A stretch of DNA of 64,000 bases from an uncultured Gammaproteobacteria bacterium (lineage in GTDB: Bacteria; Pseudomonadota; Gammaproteobacteria; JAJDYQ01). Numbering within the stretch: the first letter of the stretch is position 1; the number at the start of each line of letters is the position of its first letter. The notes under the pieces are model-generated. The model did not search any database, had not been told where the DNA came from, and saw only the letters and a list, made by a program, of their open reading frames with translations. Shown in pieces: positions 1 to 9,497 of this stretch. The translations under genes and the position numbers were made by a program. The stretch covers positions 67,500 to 131,499 of the forward strand of contig CALODD010000037.1 of assembly GCA_942491945.1 (NCBI GenBank), given 5' to 3'.

Positions 1-399
1 ATGAGAATCCCCTTCTTTGGCTTCTTCTGGAAACTACTGACTGGCAACAACCTGACCTTTCCCAAAATGCACATGGCCATCGTTAAATATGGTGACAACC
101 CATTATCGATGACCGTGGACTCATGGTGGTATCGAGGCAATGAACAGAACTATAGCCTCTACGACACCGAACAATGTTTTACCGATAGCAATGACGGCCT
201 CTCCTGTTTTCTCTCCCCATGGCATCTCGTAGGTCGCTATGAGAAGAAAAAGCACTGGTATCACGATTACCTGTTGCCACCGCTGGCAAAACTGTCTTAT
301 TTCATCGTCATGGCCATCATGGCTCCGTTTAACCGTAATGCAATGGCGCTCTATGCATTCATCTTTATTTTTACGCTATTTCAATTGCCCGTTATTTGA
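1..399 (+). CDS. Hypothetical protein with a hydrophobic C-terminus; possibly the left part of the integrative element next to tRNA-Phe
   Basis: Open frame starts at the window edge with ATG. No recognisable motifs. The C-terminal region resembles a TM segment. Confidence 0.2.
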   Translation: MRIPFFGFFWKLLTGNNLTFPKMHMAIVKYGDNPLSMTVDSWWYRGNEQNYSLYDTEQCFTDSNDGLSCFLSPWHLVGRYEKKKHWYHDYLLPPLAKLSYFIVMAIMAPFNRNAMALYAFIFIFTLFQLPVI

Positions 400-447
400 G
401 CTGGCGGGCAGCCGCAGGCTGACCTCCGGCTTAAATAACGGGTTAAG

Positions 448-514
448 AGACGTGCCTGTAACACGTCTTAAAAAAGGGGACTAAAACTTCCATACCAACA
501 CAGTAAACCACAGT
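448..514. repeat. ~68-bp conserved module with an 7-8-bp hairpin (agacgtg..cacgtct) upstream of rep. An inverted copy lies at 46523..46590.
   Basis: Direct comparison: the reverse complement of 448-514 matches 46523-46590 with about one mismatch. Confidence 0.75.
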
Positions 515-535
515 ACAACATAAAGGGGATTTAAC

Positions 536-1819
536 ATGGCAAGGTACAAAGCTAAGAAAATGGATCGTGAAGGCATGCTCTTCGCAACCGGACAAAAGAT
601 CTACGATTTATCCAATGTGAAGATCCTTCACAAAGGGGTCGACACCCTGAAATACCTCTACAAGGGCAAAGTAAACCTAGAAACCTACCAGCTCATCAAA
701 GATCTCTACGAGACAACCCACTCAGCCATCTTCGGATTTGCCGACCAAATGTGGATGCTCGGATCCGGTGGAGCCTCAGGCTACCGTTACAGACTTCAGA
801 ACAACGATCTCGGCATCATTCTGTTCTTCGGATCCAAGCACATCAAAATCGACGAAGACTGTAATCTCGAAGGCAATCACTTCAAAGCCGAACTATCGCC
901 TCACTTCATCCTTGCCAGAGAAGCCAAAGAAGTCGACCAGTTCATCGATAACCTCATGAAGCACTTCCTCACCGAATCAAACCGCCCACAACTGGCCGTA
1001 CACCTGTGTGCAGACGTCAAAGGTTGGGACATCCCACAGGACTTCGATCACCGCCTCAGAACACGTGCAAAGCGCCTCATGGACTACAAAGGCGTATCCG
1101 ATTATGAGTTCGACCTATCCGCTACATCAGTCACCTACGGCAATATGGAAACCATCACCTATGGCCGCGCAAACTCACTGCAATTCACCGTCTACGACAA
1201 GACATTAGCCAACAAAAAACAGGATAAAGTCGAGTTCTGGGAAAAGATCTGGAAGAAACAAACCAATGACAACTTCGAGCCCTACTACCAACCCGGCGAA
1301 AGAGTCAGACGAATAGAATTCCGCTTTCACCACACCGTCGTAGAACAGTTCTCAAGAACCCTTGCAACCGGCACAGATTCGGACGGAAACCCTTGTATCT
1401 GGGGCAATAAGAAAATCAGATCCTTCGTCGAACTAGAACAACACCTCACAGGCCTATGGCAATACGCCGCCATGAGCTTCCGCCTAGATCTCACCACAGA
1501 ATACATAGATCCCTTCTGGACAGTGATGATCGATGACGTTGAATTCCTGCCGCTCAAACCTGACCTGCTCTACAAGCGCGAATACAAAAGCCCAGGCACC
1601 GGATCCGATAGAAACGTCATCATGGCCATGGCCAACAAACTTTCAGTACTTGTACGCCGAGGCATGAAGAAAAAAGATATCTTCAAAACCTTCAAGAAAG
1701 ACGAAATCTGGCCAGATATCCAAGCATACTATTTCAACAAAGGATTCAACACAGAAGCCATCCGAGATCATATTTACCAGCTTGCAGACAGACGATTACT
1801 CCAGGGCAAAGCAGCGTGA
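536..1819 (+). CDS. Rolling-circle replication initiation protein (Rep_trans / filamentous-phage gene II-like family)
   Basis: 427-aa ORF. Inferred from its position as the first gene of an integrase-bearing element and from general Rep_trans-like sequence character. Overlaps the integrase start by 4 nt. Confidence 0.45.
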   Translation: MARYKAKKMDREGMLFATGQKIYDLSNVKILHKGVDTLKYLYKGKVNLETYQLIKDLYETTHSAIFGFADQMWMLGSGGASGYRYRLQNNDLGIILFFGSKHIKIDEDCNLEGNHFKAELSPHFILAREAKEVDQFIDNLMKHFLTESNRPQLAVHLCADVKGWDIPQDFDHRLRTRAKRLMDYKGVSDYEFDLSATSVTYGNMETITYGRANSLQFTVYDKTLANKKQDKVEFWEKIWKKQTNDNFEPYYQPGERVRRIEFRFHHTVVEQFSRTLATGTDSDGNPCIWGNKKIRSFVELEQHLTGLWQYAAMSFRLDLTTEYIDPFWTVMIDDVEFLPLKPDLLYKREYKSPGTGSDRNVIMAMANKLSVLVRRGMKKKDIFKTFKKDEIWPDIQAYYFNKGFNTEAIRDHIYQLADRRLLQGKAA

Positions 1820-2803
1820 TTCAGAAAACCGACAAAGGCTACAAAGTCGATGTACGCCCAGCAGGATCCAGAGGCATACGCATCAGAAAAACTTTCAAAA
1901 CCAGAAAGGAAGCCGTAGCCTATGAATCATGGATCCGAACACAAGCCAACCAACAAGAAGACTGGCAGCCACCCTCAAAAGACAAAAGAACACTCATAGA
2001 CCTCATCGATGAATGGTATGAAGCACACGGAAAAAACCTGAAAGACGGATCCAGAAGAAAAACAAAACTCCAAGCCATGGCCAAAGCCATGAATAACCCA
2101 CTAGCAACCAAATTCAAAGCCAATCAATTCACCGACTACCGATCAAACCGAATCACCAACGGCACACACCCAAACACACTAAATCACGAACTAGCCTACC
2201 TAAAAGCCGTATTCAATGAACTCAAACGTGCCGAGAAATGGCAAAGAAAGAACCCACTACAAAACACCAGAAAGATAAAGACCGACGAACCAGAAATGAC
2301 CTACCTCACCACAGAGGAAATCAAGGAACTACTCGAAGCACTAAAAAACAGAAAAAGTATGGATGCCTACCACGTATCACTCATCTGTCTAGCAACAGGC
2401 GCAAGATGGTCAGAAGCAGAAACAATCAGGGCTGAATACATCCAACCATACAAGATCACATTCAATGCCACCAAAAAGCGGCAAGTCCAGGACGATCCCA
2501 ATCAGCAAGGATCTCTACAAAACAATAAAAACCAAAGAGAGAGGGAGATTATTCAAATCATGCCTAGGTGCGTTCCGCATGGCCATGAAGGAAACCAATA
2601 TAAAACTACCAGATGGTCAAATGTCCCATGTACTCCGACATACCTTTGCCAGTCATTTCATAATCAATGGTGGCAATATACTAACCTTACAAACAGCTCT
2701 GGGTCATTCAAACATAACAGTAACCATGCGCTACGCTCATTTATTACGTGATCATCTGAAAGACACACTAAAATATAATCCCATTAGCTCGTTTCTATGT
2801 TGA
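1816..2803 (+). pseudogene. Tyrosine recombinase/phage integrase, frameshifted (+1 in an A5 run at 2473-2477). Paralog of the integrase at 46821-47813.
   Basis: The N-terminal 220 aa in one frame and the C-terminal 112 aa (HVLRHTFASHFIINGGNILTLQTALGHS..YAHL) in the +1 frame both align to the intact integrase at 46821. The expected junction is ...NATKSGKSRTIPI... Confidence 0.8.
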
Positions 2804-2856
2804 ATTTTTGCTTTTCGCCCTCACGTTATCATTTTCAACCAACAAGACAGATAAAT

Positions 2857-3072
2857 ATGAACGATTTAGATAGATTAAGAGATGCCATCCATACCTTATC
2901 GAACTTAGATAAAGTTGTTAAAGATAATCCTGACGTTACGTGCAATACCGCACTTCAAAGTTACGCAAACCTTGATATAGGAACTGAGCCTGATGTTGCG
3001 ACTTATATCTTTAAACTTATACAAGCTAACCCGAACATAACTTTTGGGGAATTCATTAAATATCTTACGTAA
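2857..3072 (+). CDS. Small hypothetical protein between the integrase and tRNA-Phe
   Basis: ORF with an internal ATG (MNDLDRLRD...). No homology recognised. Confidence 0.2.
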   Translation: MNDLDRLRDAIHTLSNLDKVVKDNPDVTCNTALQSYANLDIGTEPDVATYIFKLIQANPNITFGEFIKYLT

Positions 3073-3157
3073 AACTCAAAGTGGACATTATATGGGCACT
3101 ATGAATTAATGAGATAACCTTCAGTTATCATAACTTACTGATATTTAGATATTTAAA

Positions 3158-3233
3158 TGGTGGCCAGGGACAGAATCGAACTGCCGACACGGGGATTTTC
3201 AGTCCCCTGCTCTACCGACTGAGCTACCTGGCC
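3158..3233 (-). tRNA. tRNA-Phe (GAA)
   Basis: The reverse complement reads ggccaggtagctcagtcggtagagcaggggactgaaaatccccgtgtcggcagttcgattctgtccctggccacca. It has a cloverleaf, a GAA anticodon and a terminal CCA. Confidence 0.92.
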
Positions 3234-3288
3234 ATCAGGTGGGGCGCGTATTAAACTCGGAGACGGCTATAGAGTCAAGTAATTCGTC

Positions 3289-3552
3289 TTAGCCTTTGAA
3301 TTCAACGGGTTTTTCAGATCCATCACCGAAAAAATAGTTCTCCAGCTCGTTAAGTAAATACTCTTTTGCCTTGGGGTCGTTCAAGCTGAGGCGGTATTCG
3401 TTAATCAACATGGTTTGATGTAACAACCAGTCCTGCCACGCTTGTGCAGAGACGTTTCCCATGATTTTTTTACCCAGTTCGCCGGGTACGGGGGGGAATG
3501 CCAGCCCTTCCGCTTCAATACCCAGCTTAATGCATTGAACCTGTTTTGCCAT
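3289..3552 (-). CDS. yggX: Fe(2+)-trafficking protein YggX
   Basis: 87 aa. The KQTMLINE and GELGK motifs are typical of YggX. It is located downstream of mutY as in E. coli. Confidence 0.85.
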   Translation of the reverse strand: MAKQVQCIKLGIEAEGLAFPPVPGELGKKIMGNVSAQAWQDWLLHQTMLINEYRLSLNDPKAKEYLLNELENYFFGDGSEKPVEFKG

Positions 3553-3627
3553 TGCTCTATTTCTCTATGATTTACGTGCAAATATACGCTATTTCGAACC
3601 AAATGCCGATTGCGTGCAGGAACATAA

Positions 3628-5061
3628 TTATTTCTGATTTCTGACGACGATGCTTTTGATTCTTTTTATCGCTTCATCGGCCGTTTGTATGCGGCGGCTA
3701 GGAGTTTTCATCAATAATTCCTGAATCACCATGTTCAACGGGCGCTTTGTATCTGGGAGACGCGGGATGTCGTCCGATACATGTGAGTACAGAATGTCAT
3801 TTACTGAACCTGAATTAAATGGAGGCTTTCCAGCCAGCATTTCATACAAAATGACGCCCATGAGATAGAGGTCACTACGACTATCTTCTGTATGTCCTTG
3901 TGCGCGCTCAGGACTACAGTAAGCAGGCTCATCAACGGCAGGAACTTCAGAAATATTACTCATGGCGTGTAACCGCCTGAATGCGCCGATGTCTGTAATA
4001 ACTGGTGTGTTTTCATCCCGAAATACCAGTTTATCTGGTCTAATATCCGAGACATAAAATCCGGCTGAGTGAATTTTCTGCAACGCCGACATCAGTTGCA
4101 AAAAGTATTTAATGGCTTCTTCTTCGGTCACGCCACGACGAGACAGACGGTCTGCCAATGTTTCGCCATGTAGTATTTCTTGCGTCACAATCAATCGAAA
4201 ATCGATAACCTGATAATCCAGCCAACGAATGATATTCGGATGATTCCAGGTCAGGATATCGCTGAGATCTTGCGTGCTTGCCTGTGACACGTCCTGCGCA
4301 CTCGCGGCTTTAAATGTCAGCAACTTGAGAAGTACCTTCTCAGACTCCCCCTCCTTCACTGCCTTAAAGGTCGTCGCATGCTGTCCTTTATCGATATATG
4401 AGATGATATTGTAACCGCCAATGGTTGCCTTACCGGCCAGAATGTCTTTGAAATCAAACGGCCATTCTTCGGCACCATGCAACATTGCCATTGCCAGATT
4501 AATTTCATGTTGGGTATGACGAGTGGCCAGTTCTAATTGGTCGGTTGGGCTAAGATCCTGCACAGGTTCTGAGACCTTTTTCTCACTTTCATATTCTTCA
4601 TCGGGGATATTTTTGAGCACGTCTTTAACGTACATCTCAGCTGTTTTCTTCAGCGGTGATTCGTAGCCGTGGGATTCCAGCACGGTTGAAACTAAACGTA
4701 CCAGCTGTTTGGAACGGATAGTGCGCTTAAAAAAGAAATCCTCAGCTCCAAGCTTCATGGCGCGAATCACATCGCGCGACATTTTCATGTCTTCTGGCGT
4801 TTTGTGAGAACTCATGAAAACCGTTGTCGGGAAGCCAGCTTCACTTCGATAACGTTCAAACCAATCGATACCGTTATCTTCCCCTTGCAGGTTGTCGATA
4901 ATGAGTAACTCGTAGTCTTTCCAGTTAACCATCACAGGCTCGCCCTGGATCTGAGGGTCGTATTCCTCCAGATGAACATCTGGAAAAATCTTTTCAATCA
5001 TATGCCGCAACACCTGACGGTGCTGCGCATGGCGATCAATAGTAAGAATCTTGTATTGCAT
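3628..5061 (-). CDS. Receiver (REC) domain - Ser/Thr protein kinase-like fusion with an atypical catalytic loop
   Basis: The N-terminal domain has an acceptor Asp (LLIIDNLQ), a conserved S and a conserved K. The kinase domain has VSDIRPDKL in place of HRDLKPxN, DIG for DFG and SPE for APE. The start ATG overlaps the mutY stop (TAATG). Confidence 0.7.
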   Translation of the reverse strand: MQYKILTIDRHAQHRQVLRHMIEKIFPDVHLEEYDPQIQGEPVMVNWKDYELLIIDNLQGEDNGIDWFERYRSEAGFPTTVFMSSHKTPEDMKMSRDVIRAMKLGAEDFFFKRTIRSKQLVRLVSTVLESHGYESPLKKTAEMYVKDVLKNIPDEEYESEKKVSEPVQDLSPTDQLELATRHTQHEINLAMAMLHGAEEWPFDFKDILAGKATIGGYNIISYIDKGQHATTFKAVKEGESEKVLLKLLTFKAASAQDVSQASTQDLSDILTWNHPNIIRWLDYQVIDFRLIVTQEILHGETLADRLSRRGVTEEEAIKYFLQLMSALQKIHSAGFYVSDIRPDKLVFRDENTPVITDIGAFRRLHAMSNISEVPAVDEPAYCSPERAQGHTEDSRSDLYLMGVILYEMLAGKPPFNSGSVNDILYSHVSDDIPRLPDTKRPLNMVIQELLMKTPSRRIQTADEAIKRIKSIVVRNQK

Positions 5062-6107
5062 TACAGACTTATTAACAAACTGGCGACGGGCTTTGGAAGA
5101 CCTAGCTCCTGCAATTTCTGTCTCGCAAACCATTCATAACCCGGTTCACTGACGCATGGGGTGCTGGAATCAACCTTGATATACCAAGGCTGTATATCAA
5201 GATGGTAATGACTAAACGTATGTCTAAAACTTATTCCCTTACTCATTGTGGTTATTTTTAATCCAAACTGATCGGAAATTATGTTCTGTATTCGCTCATC
5301 ATTCAACTCTCTGTCTACTTCCGGCAAACTCCATAACCCACCCCAAATTCCGACAGGTGGTCGCTTACAAAGTAGAAACTGTCCATCATAGTCACAGATC
5401 AACATATTCGTATGTTTACACGGTAACGTCTTCTTTGGCTTACGTGTGGGTAACTCTTCGGTCAGGTTTTGTTCGTATGCCTGGCAGTTATCGATCAAAG
5501 GGCAATCTCCACAACGCGGCTGTCTTCTCGTACAGAGTGTTGCACCCAGATCCATGATCGCCTGCGTATAATCGGCCAGTCGATCAACAGGCGTCAGCTG
5601 CTCGGCTAGCTGCCAGAGCTGTTTCTGTACGGCTGTAGTTCCCGTCCAGCCTTCGATCGCGGCATAGCGTGCCAGAACACGTTTAACGTTACCATCCAGA
5701 ATCACACCGCGCTCACCATAAGCCTGCGCCACAATCGCGCCAGCCGTTGAACGACCGATACCCGGTAATTGTTCAAGCCCTTCGACCGTTTCAGGAAATT
5801 TACCATTGTGTGATTTGACTACATCTTTCGCACAACGATGAAGATTGCGCGCTCTGGCGTAGTAACCCAGGCCTGCCCATAGCGCCATCACTTCATCATC
5901 TGAGGCAGATGCCAGTCCCCTAACAGTCGGAAACCGTTTAGTAAACTTCAGGAAATAAGGAATAACCGTTTTAACTTGTGTCTGCTGCAGCATGACCTCT
6001 GAGAGCCAGACACGATAAGCTGACCGATCTTGCTGCCAGGGTAAATCTTTACGTCCATGTTGATCAAACCAGCTCAGAAGACGCTGGCTGAAATGCGAGT
6101 CGCTCAT
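5061..6107 (-). CDS. mutY: A/G-specific adenine DNA glycosylase MutY
   Basis: 348 aa. HhH-GPD motifs, a 4Fe-4S Cys cluster (C..C..C..C) and a NUDIX-like C-terminal domain. Confidence 0.9.
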   Translation of the reverse strand: MSDSHFSQRLLSWFDQHGRKDLPWQQDRSAYRVWLSEVMLQQTQVKTVIPYFLKFTKRFPTVRGLASASDDEVMALWAGLGYYARARNLHRCAKDVVKSHNGKFPETVEGLEQLPGIGRSTAGAIVAQAYGERGVILDGNVKRVLARYAAIEGWTGTTAVQKQLWQLAEQLTPVDRLADYTQAIMDLGATLCTRRQPRCGDCPLIDNCQAYEQNLTEELPTRKPKKTLPCKHTNMLICDYDGQFLLCKRPPVGIWGGLWSLPEVDRELNDERIQNIISDQFGLKITTMSKGISFRHTFSHYHLDIQPWYIKVDSSTPCVSEPGYEWFARQKLQELGLPKPVASLLISL

Positions 6108-6713
6108 TTAATACAGGTCACCCGAATTGATAGTTGAGTCATCAACCTGTTGCAGACTGCAATCGGTTTTTCCCTGGTATTCGCATTCCATTCGTTGAAG
6201 CATACTCAATGTCGTTTCTTTCACCTGTGATTCCATCATGGTAGAGCCAATAAGCGGCGGCACCCAGAATGACGGCTGGCTTTCCGACTTGAAGCTAATA
6301 AGGCTTTGATGTTTGGCCAGCGGTTCTATCGTCCAGACAATATGGCCAAAATCAAAATCACTCTGTTCTGGTTCGATATCAAGGCGAATCTCGTTATCAG
6401 ATTCTTGCAACGTCAGGGTATTTCGATACTCAACACAAAATAATAAAACGCAGGTATAGGAGTGCTCTCTAATTCGACGAATGCCTGGTTGATCGGATGC
6501 AAGGTGCTCGACACTTTGTATAACGTCTTTCAGTACCACAACTCGATCAGGATCGGCTAAAACCTGCTTCGCATAGTTCGCACTGATATCGACTCTGGCC
6601 TGCAATTGCACTGTGTAAGTACCATTCTGCTCCGAGGCCGCATAATGTTCGATCTGAGCAGCCTGTGCACCGCTCATCAAAGCGATACACAAGGCTGCGG
6701 ACCGAATCCACAT
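6108..6713 (-). CDS. Secreted hypothetical protein (signal peptide), translationally adjacent to asmA
   Basis: N-terminal signal peptide ...SGAQAAQ. The start abuts the AsmA stop. No confident family assignment. Confidence 0.45.
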   Translation of the reverse strand: MWIRSAALCIALMSGAQAAQIEHYAASEQNGTYTVQLQARVDISANYAKQVLADPDRVVVLKDVIQSVEHLASDQPGIRRIREHSYTCVLLFCVEYRNTLTLQESDNEIRLDIEPEQSDFDFGHIVWTIEPLAKHQSLISFKSESQPSFWVPPLIGSTMMESQVKETTLSMLQRMECEYQGKTDCSLQQVDDSTINSGDLY

Positions 6714-8795
6714 TTAGAACAGGCCTTTCAGCTTATCTCCGAGCTTGTCCTTAATTTTATCTTTGACTTCTTCCTTCTTTTCTTCGACTTTCGCTTTAGC
6801 CTTCTCTTTGACCTTGTCAGACAGAGCCACCGATAAATCAGGCGTATAAGAAGGATCAGAAAACGGACCAGTCACTTTCACCGGAATGGTCACGCCTTTA
6901 AGCTTTTCCAGTTCATCACCACCCTGGCCTTGTAAGCTTCCCACAATGGATGCTTTCACAAGATAGTCCAGATATTCTTTGACCAGATCGGCTTTGCCTG
7001 CACCTTCAATACGCAGCAACGGGGACTTTAGAGAGAAGTCCTGATTATTTACCACACCATTGGTAATCTTGGCCGAACCTTTCAGTTCAGAGAAATCTGT
7101 TTTATCAGGCTCATTCGATGCCGTTGTCGATTTCCCCTGCAGCTTGGCCATACCTTCACGAATGACCTTGGCGATATTCACACCAACCAGCGCGCCGTTG
7201 GTAAAAGAAAACGTGGTGTTGCCATTGAGTGTTTTCTTCACTGCATTTTGTGAGTTACCGGTTGCCGTAATATTCACAGCGGCATCCGTTCGGCCAGCAA
7301 GCTTCGCCTCGCCCTGCATATCGGTCAGCAACGGTTCAATCTGTACACCATCCAGCTTTGAGCTGACCTTAAGACGCGGTGTTTTCTGACGCGCGTCGAC
7401 CGTTACATCAGCATTGTATTTACCCTGATACAGCGATGCCGATGGCTTCATATTCACGTGGCCGCCTTTTGCTTTCACCTGTACCACGATCTCGGTCGCC
7501 TTCACTTTCATCTTGGTGACTTCACCAATACGTGCAACGCCATTCATATTCAACTTACGCAACGTCTCGACTGGAAATAATTCCGCATTCGGATCACTTT
7601 CACCTTTCTCGGTCGGTGATTCAGATGGCGGTGGTAAATAACGATCCAGATCGATCTTGTCGATGGTCAGATCGAAGGTCAGCGCCTGAGTCGCAAAATC
7701 AGTCACAGCCAGCTTACCGTTCATTTTCGTGTCATCCAGCATCAGGTTGAGCTTATTCAAACTCGCCTGTTTCGTAGTGGCCGCCAACGCAAAGTCAGCA
7801 CTAACACGAGTCAATGCGCTTCCATCACCCGTCACAGGTGCATCCAGTCCCAGTGCCTTCATCAGATCACGCGCGTTGAACTGCGCCAAGGCAATCTGAC
7901 CATTGAAAGCGGGCTCACTCATAATGGATTTACCATTCAGGCTACCTGTCATTGCCAGTCCCATGGTATCGATACTCAGGCCTGCGAGTGACAGCGTCTG
8001 CGCCTTCAAATCGACGTTTAATGCGGTCGACTTCAGATCCAGTGCGACTTCGCCACCAGGTAGCGTTTTACCTTTGGCCTGAACATTCAGTGTCAGTGGT
8101 TCAATCGAAAACTGATTACCCTCAGCGTTTGCCTTGATGGTGCCCTTCATGTCGACACTCGCCGCAACAGCTGGATTGCTCATATTCAATTTAGTATTGA
8201 GCGCAATATCAACTGGATCACCCGCCGTCAGTGGGCCGCTTGTCAGATTAAAGTCACTGATCTTGATGTCCTGCCCCTGCTGTTCGTCCTGCCAGCTGAT
8301 ATTGGCATTCTCGATACGAATTCCACCGATTTTAATCGACTGCAGTTCAGGGCCATCGCCACTCTTATTCTTATGTTGATCCTCGGATTTATCACCCGCC
8401 AGATCATCCCAGTTGGTTTTACCGGTTTTATCTTTCTTCAGGTTCAGTGTCAGGCCATCAACGACGATTTCATCCATCTCGACCTGCTTATCCAGCAATG
8501 GCATCAGGGCAACCTGAATATTCACCGCATTCATCTGCGCAAAGGGTACATCACCAAAGCCAACCGCATTGCTCAGCTCGGTCTTACCCAGCGCCAGCCC
8601 GACTTTTGGAAACACACTCAAACCAAGATCACCTTCGATCTGCAGATCACGCCCGGTCTGCTGTTTCACTGCCTCAACAATCTGCGGTTTGAAGTCGTTT
8701 GGATTGATCACCAGCGGCAATATGACGGCCGCAGCAATAATGAGTACAAAACCGAGAACAACCAGTCCTGCGATAATCTTAATCAGCTTGCCCAT
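6714..8795 (-). CDS. asmA: AsmA family outer-membrane assembly protein
   Basis: 693 aa with an N-terminal TM anchor and a long beta-rich periplasmic region typical of the AsmA family. It is next to mutY, matching the Pseudomonas asmA-mutY-yggX synteny. Confidence 0.75.
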   Translation of the reverse strand: MGKLIKIIAGLVVLGFVLIIAAAVILPLVINPNDFKPQIVEAVKQQTGRDLQIEGDLGLSVFPKVGLALGKTELSNAVGFGDVPFAQMNAVNIQVALMPLLDKQVEMDEIVVDGLTLNLKKDKTGKTNWDDLAGDKSEDQHKNKSGDGPELQSIKIGGIRIENANISWQDEQQGQDIKISDFNLTSGPLTAGDPVDIALNTKLNMSNPAVAASVDMKGTIKANAEGNQFSIEPLTLNVQAKGKTLPGGEVALDLKSTALNVDLKAQTLSLAGLSIDTMGLAMTGSLNGKSIMSEPAFNGQIALAQFNARDLMKALGLDAPVTGDGSALTRVSADFALAATTKQASLNKLNLMLDDTKMNGKLAVTDFATQALTFDLTIDKIDLDRYLPPPSESPTEKGESDPNAELFPVETLRKLNMNGVARIGEVTKMKVKATEIVVQVKAKGGHVNMKPSASLYQGKYNADVTVDARQKTPRLKVSSKLDGVQIEPLLTDMQGEAKLAGRTDAAVNITATGNSQNAVKKTLNGNTTFSFTNGALVGVNIAKVIREGMAKLQGKSTTASNEPDKTDFSELKGSAKITNGVVNNQDFSLKSPLLRIEGAGKADLVKEYLDYLVKASIVGSLQGQGGDELEKLKGVTIPVKVTGPFSDPSYTPDLSVALSDKVKEKAKAKVEEKKEEVKDKIKDKLGDKLKGLF

Positions 8796-8832
8796 ATTCT
8801 CTTTCCTGTATGTATGAGTTTATCGATACGTC

Positions 8833-9303
8833 TTATTTGTTTTTTTGCATCGCCTGCAAAATCTTTTCCGGATGGTCGGCTGCCTTCGGCACCTTACGCC
8901 AGTGTTTGACGACTTTACCTTTACCGTCGATCCATACTGTGGAACGAATCACACCGATGAGTTTTTTGCCATACATCATCTTTTCACCCCAGGCGCCGTA
9001 TTTTTCCATAACCTTCTTCTCCGGATCGCATAACAGAGTAAAGGGTAGATCATATTTGGCGATAAATTTCTGATGCTTTTCTTCTTCGTCTGGTGAAATG
9101 CCTAATACCACGACACCCGCATCTTCATACTGCTGCCAGAGATCCCGAAAGCCACAGGCTTCCTTGGTGCAGCCCGGCGTATCATCCTTAGGATAAAAAT
9201 AGACGATCACATCAGAACCACGAAAATCTTTTAGCGCCACTTTATTACCGTCCTGATCCTTCAGGGTAAATAATGGTGCGGCTTTGCCTTCTTCAATTGG
9301 CAT
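8833..9303 (-). CDS. bcp: Thiol peroxidase/peroxiredoxin Bcp
   Basis: The FYPKDDTPGCTKEACGFRD active-site motif. Confidence 0.88.
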   Translation of the reverse strand: MPIEEGKAAPLFTLKDQDGNKVALKDFRGSDVIVYFYPKDDTPGCTKEACGFRDLWQQYEDAGVVVLGISPDEEEKHQKFIAKYDLPFTLLCDPEKKVMEKYGAWGEKMMYGKKLIGVIRSTVWIDGKGKVVKHWRKVPKAADHPEKILQAMQKNK

Positions 9304-9497
9304 GAAAACTCCTTTTTCTCATTGTTGCTTTAAATCTATTTTGGACAGCATAAGAGCTAATCACAAGTTAACCATATTACGGTTAACAACTCTTTACAAA
9401 AATGACCGATATCAGTTTTTTCGATTCTCCACCAGGCAGGAATCCTGCGTCATTATGATTCCCCATAACGCTACGTTATGATGCGCTTTGCCCTGTT

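Noticed and set aside
400-535. Hairpin at 447-470 as a transcription terminator
   Set aside because: The stem is followed by an A-run on the plus strand and preceded by a T-run on the minus strand, so it does not form a canonical terminator in either orientation. Its duplication next to the second integrase element favours an origin or operator role.
2465-2803. Separate 112-aa gene
   Set aside because: This is the C-terminal catalytic half of the integrase at 1816, displaced by a +1 shift in an A5 run.
7060-7389. Antisense ORFs inside long genes (also 12573-13076, 28119-29131, 31065-31596, 32047-32529, 33021-33563, 61637-62199)
   Set aside because: They lie entirely within well-supported genes on the opposite strand. 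They are compositionally biased (Ser/Ala/Pro-rich translations) and are typical shadow ORFs.
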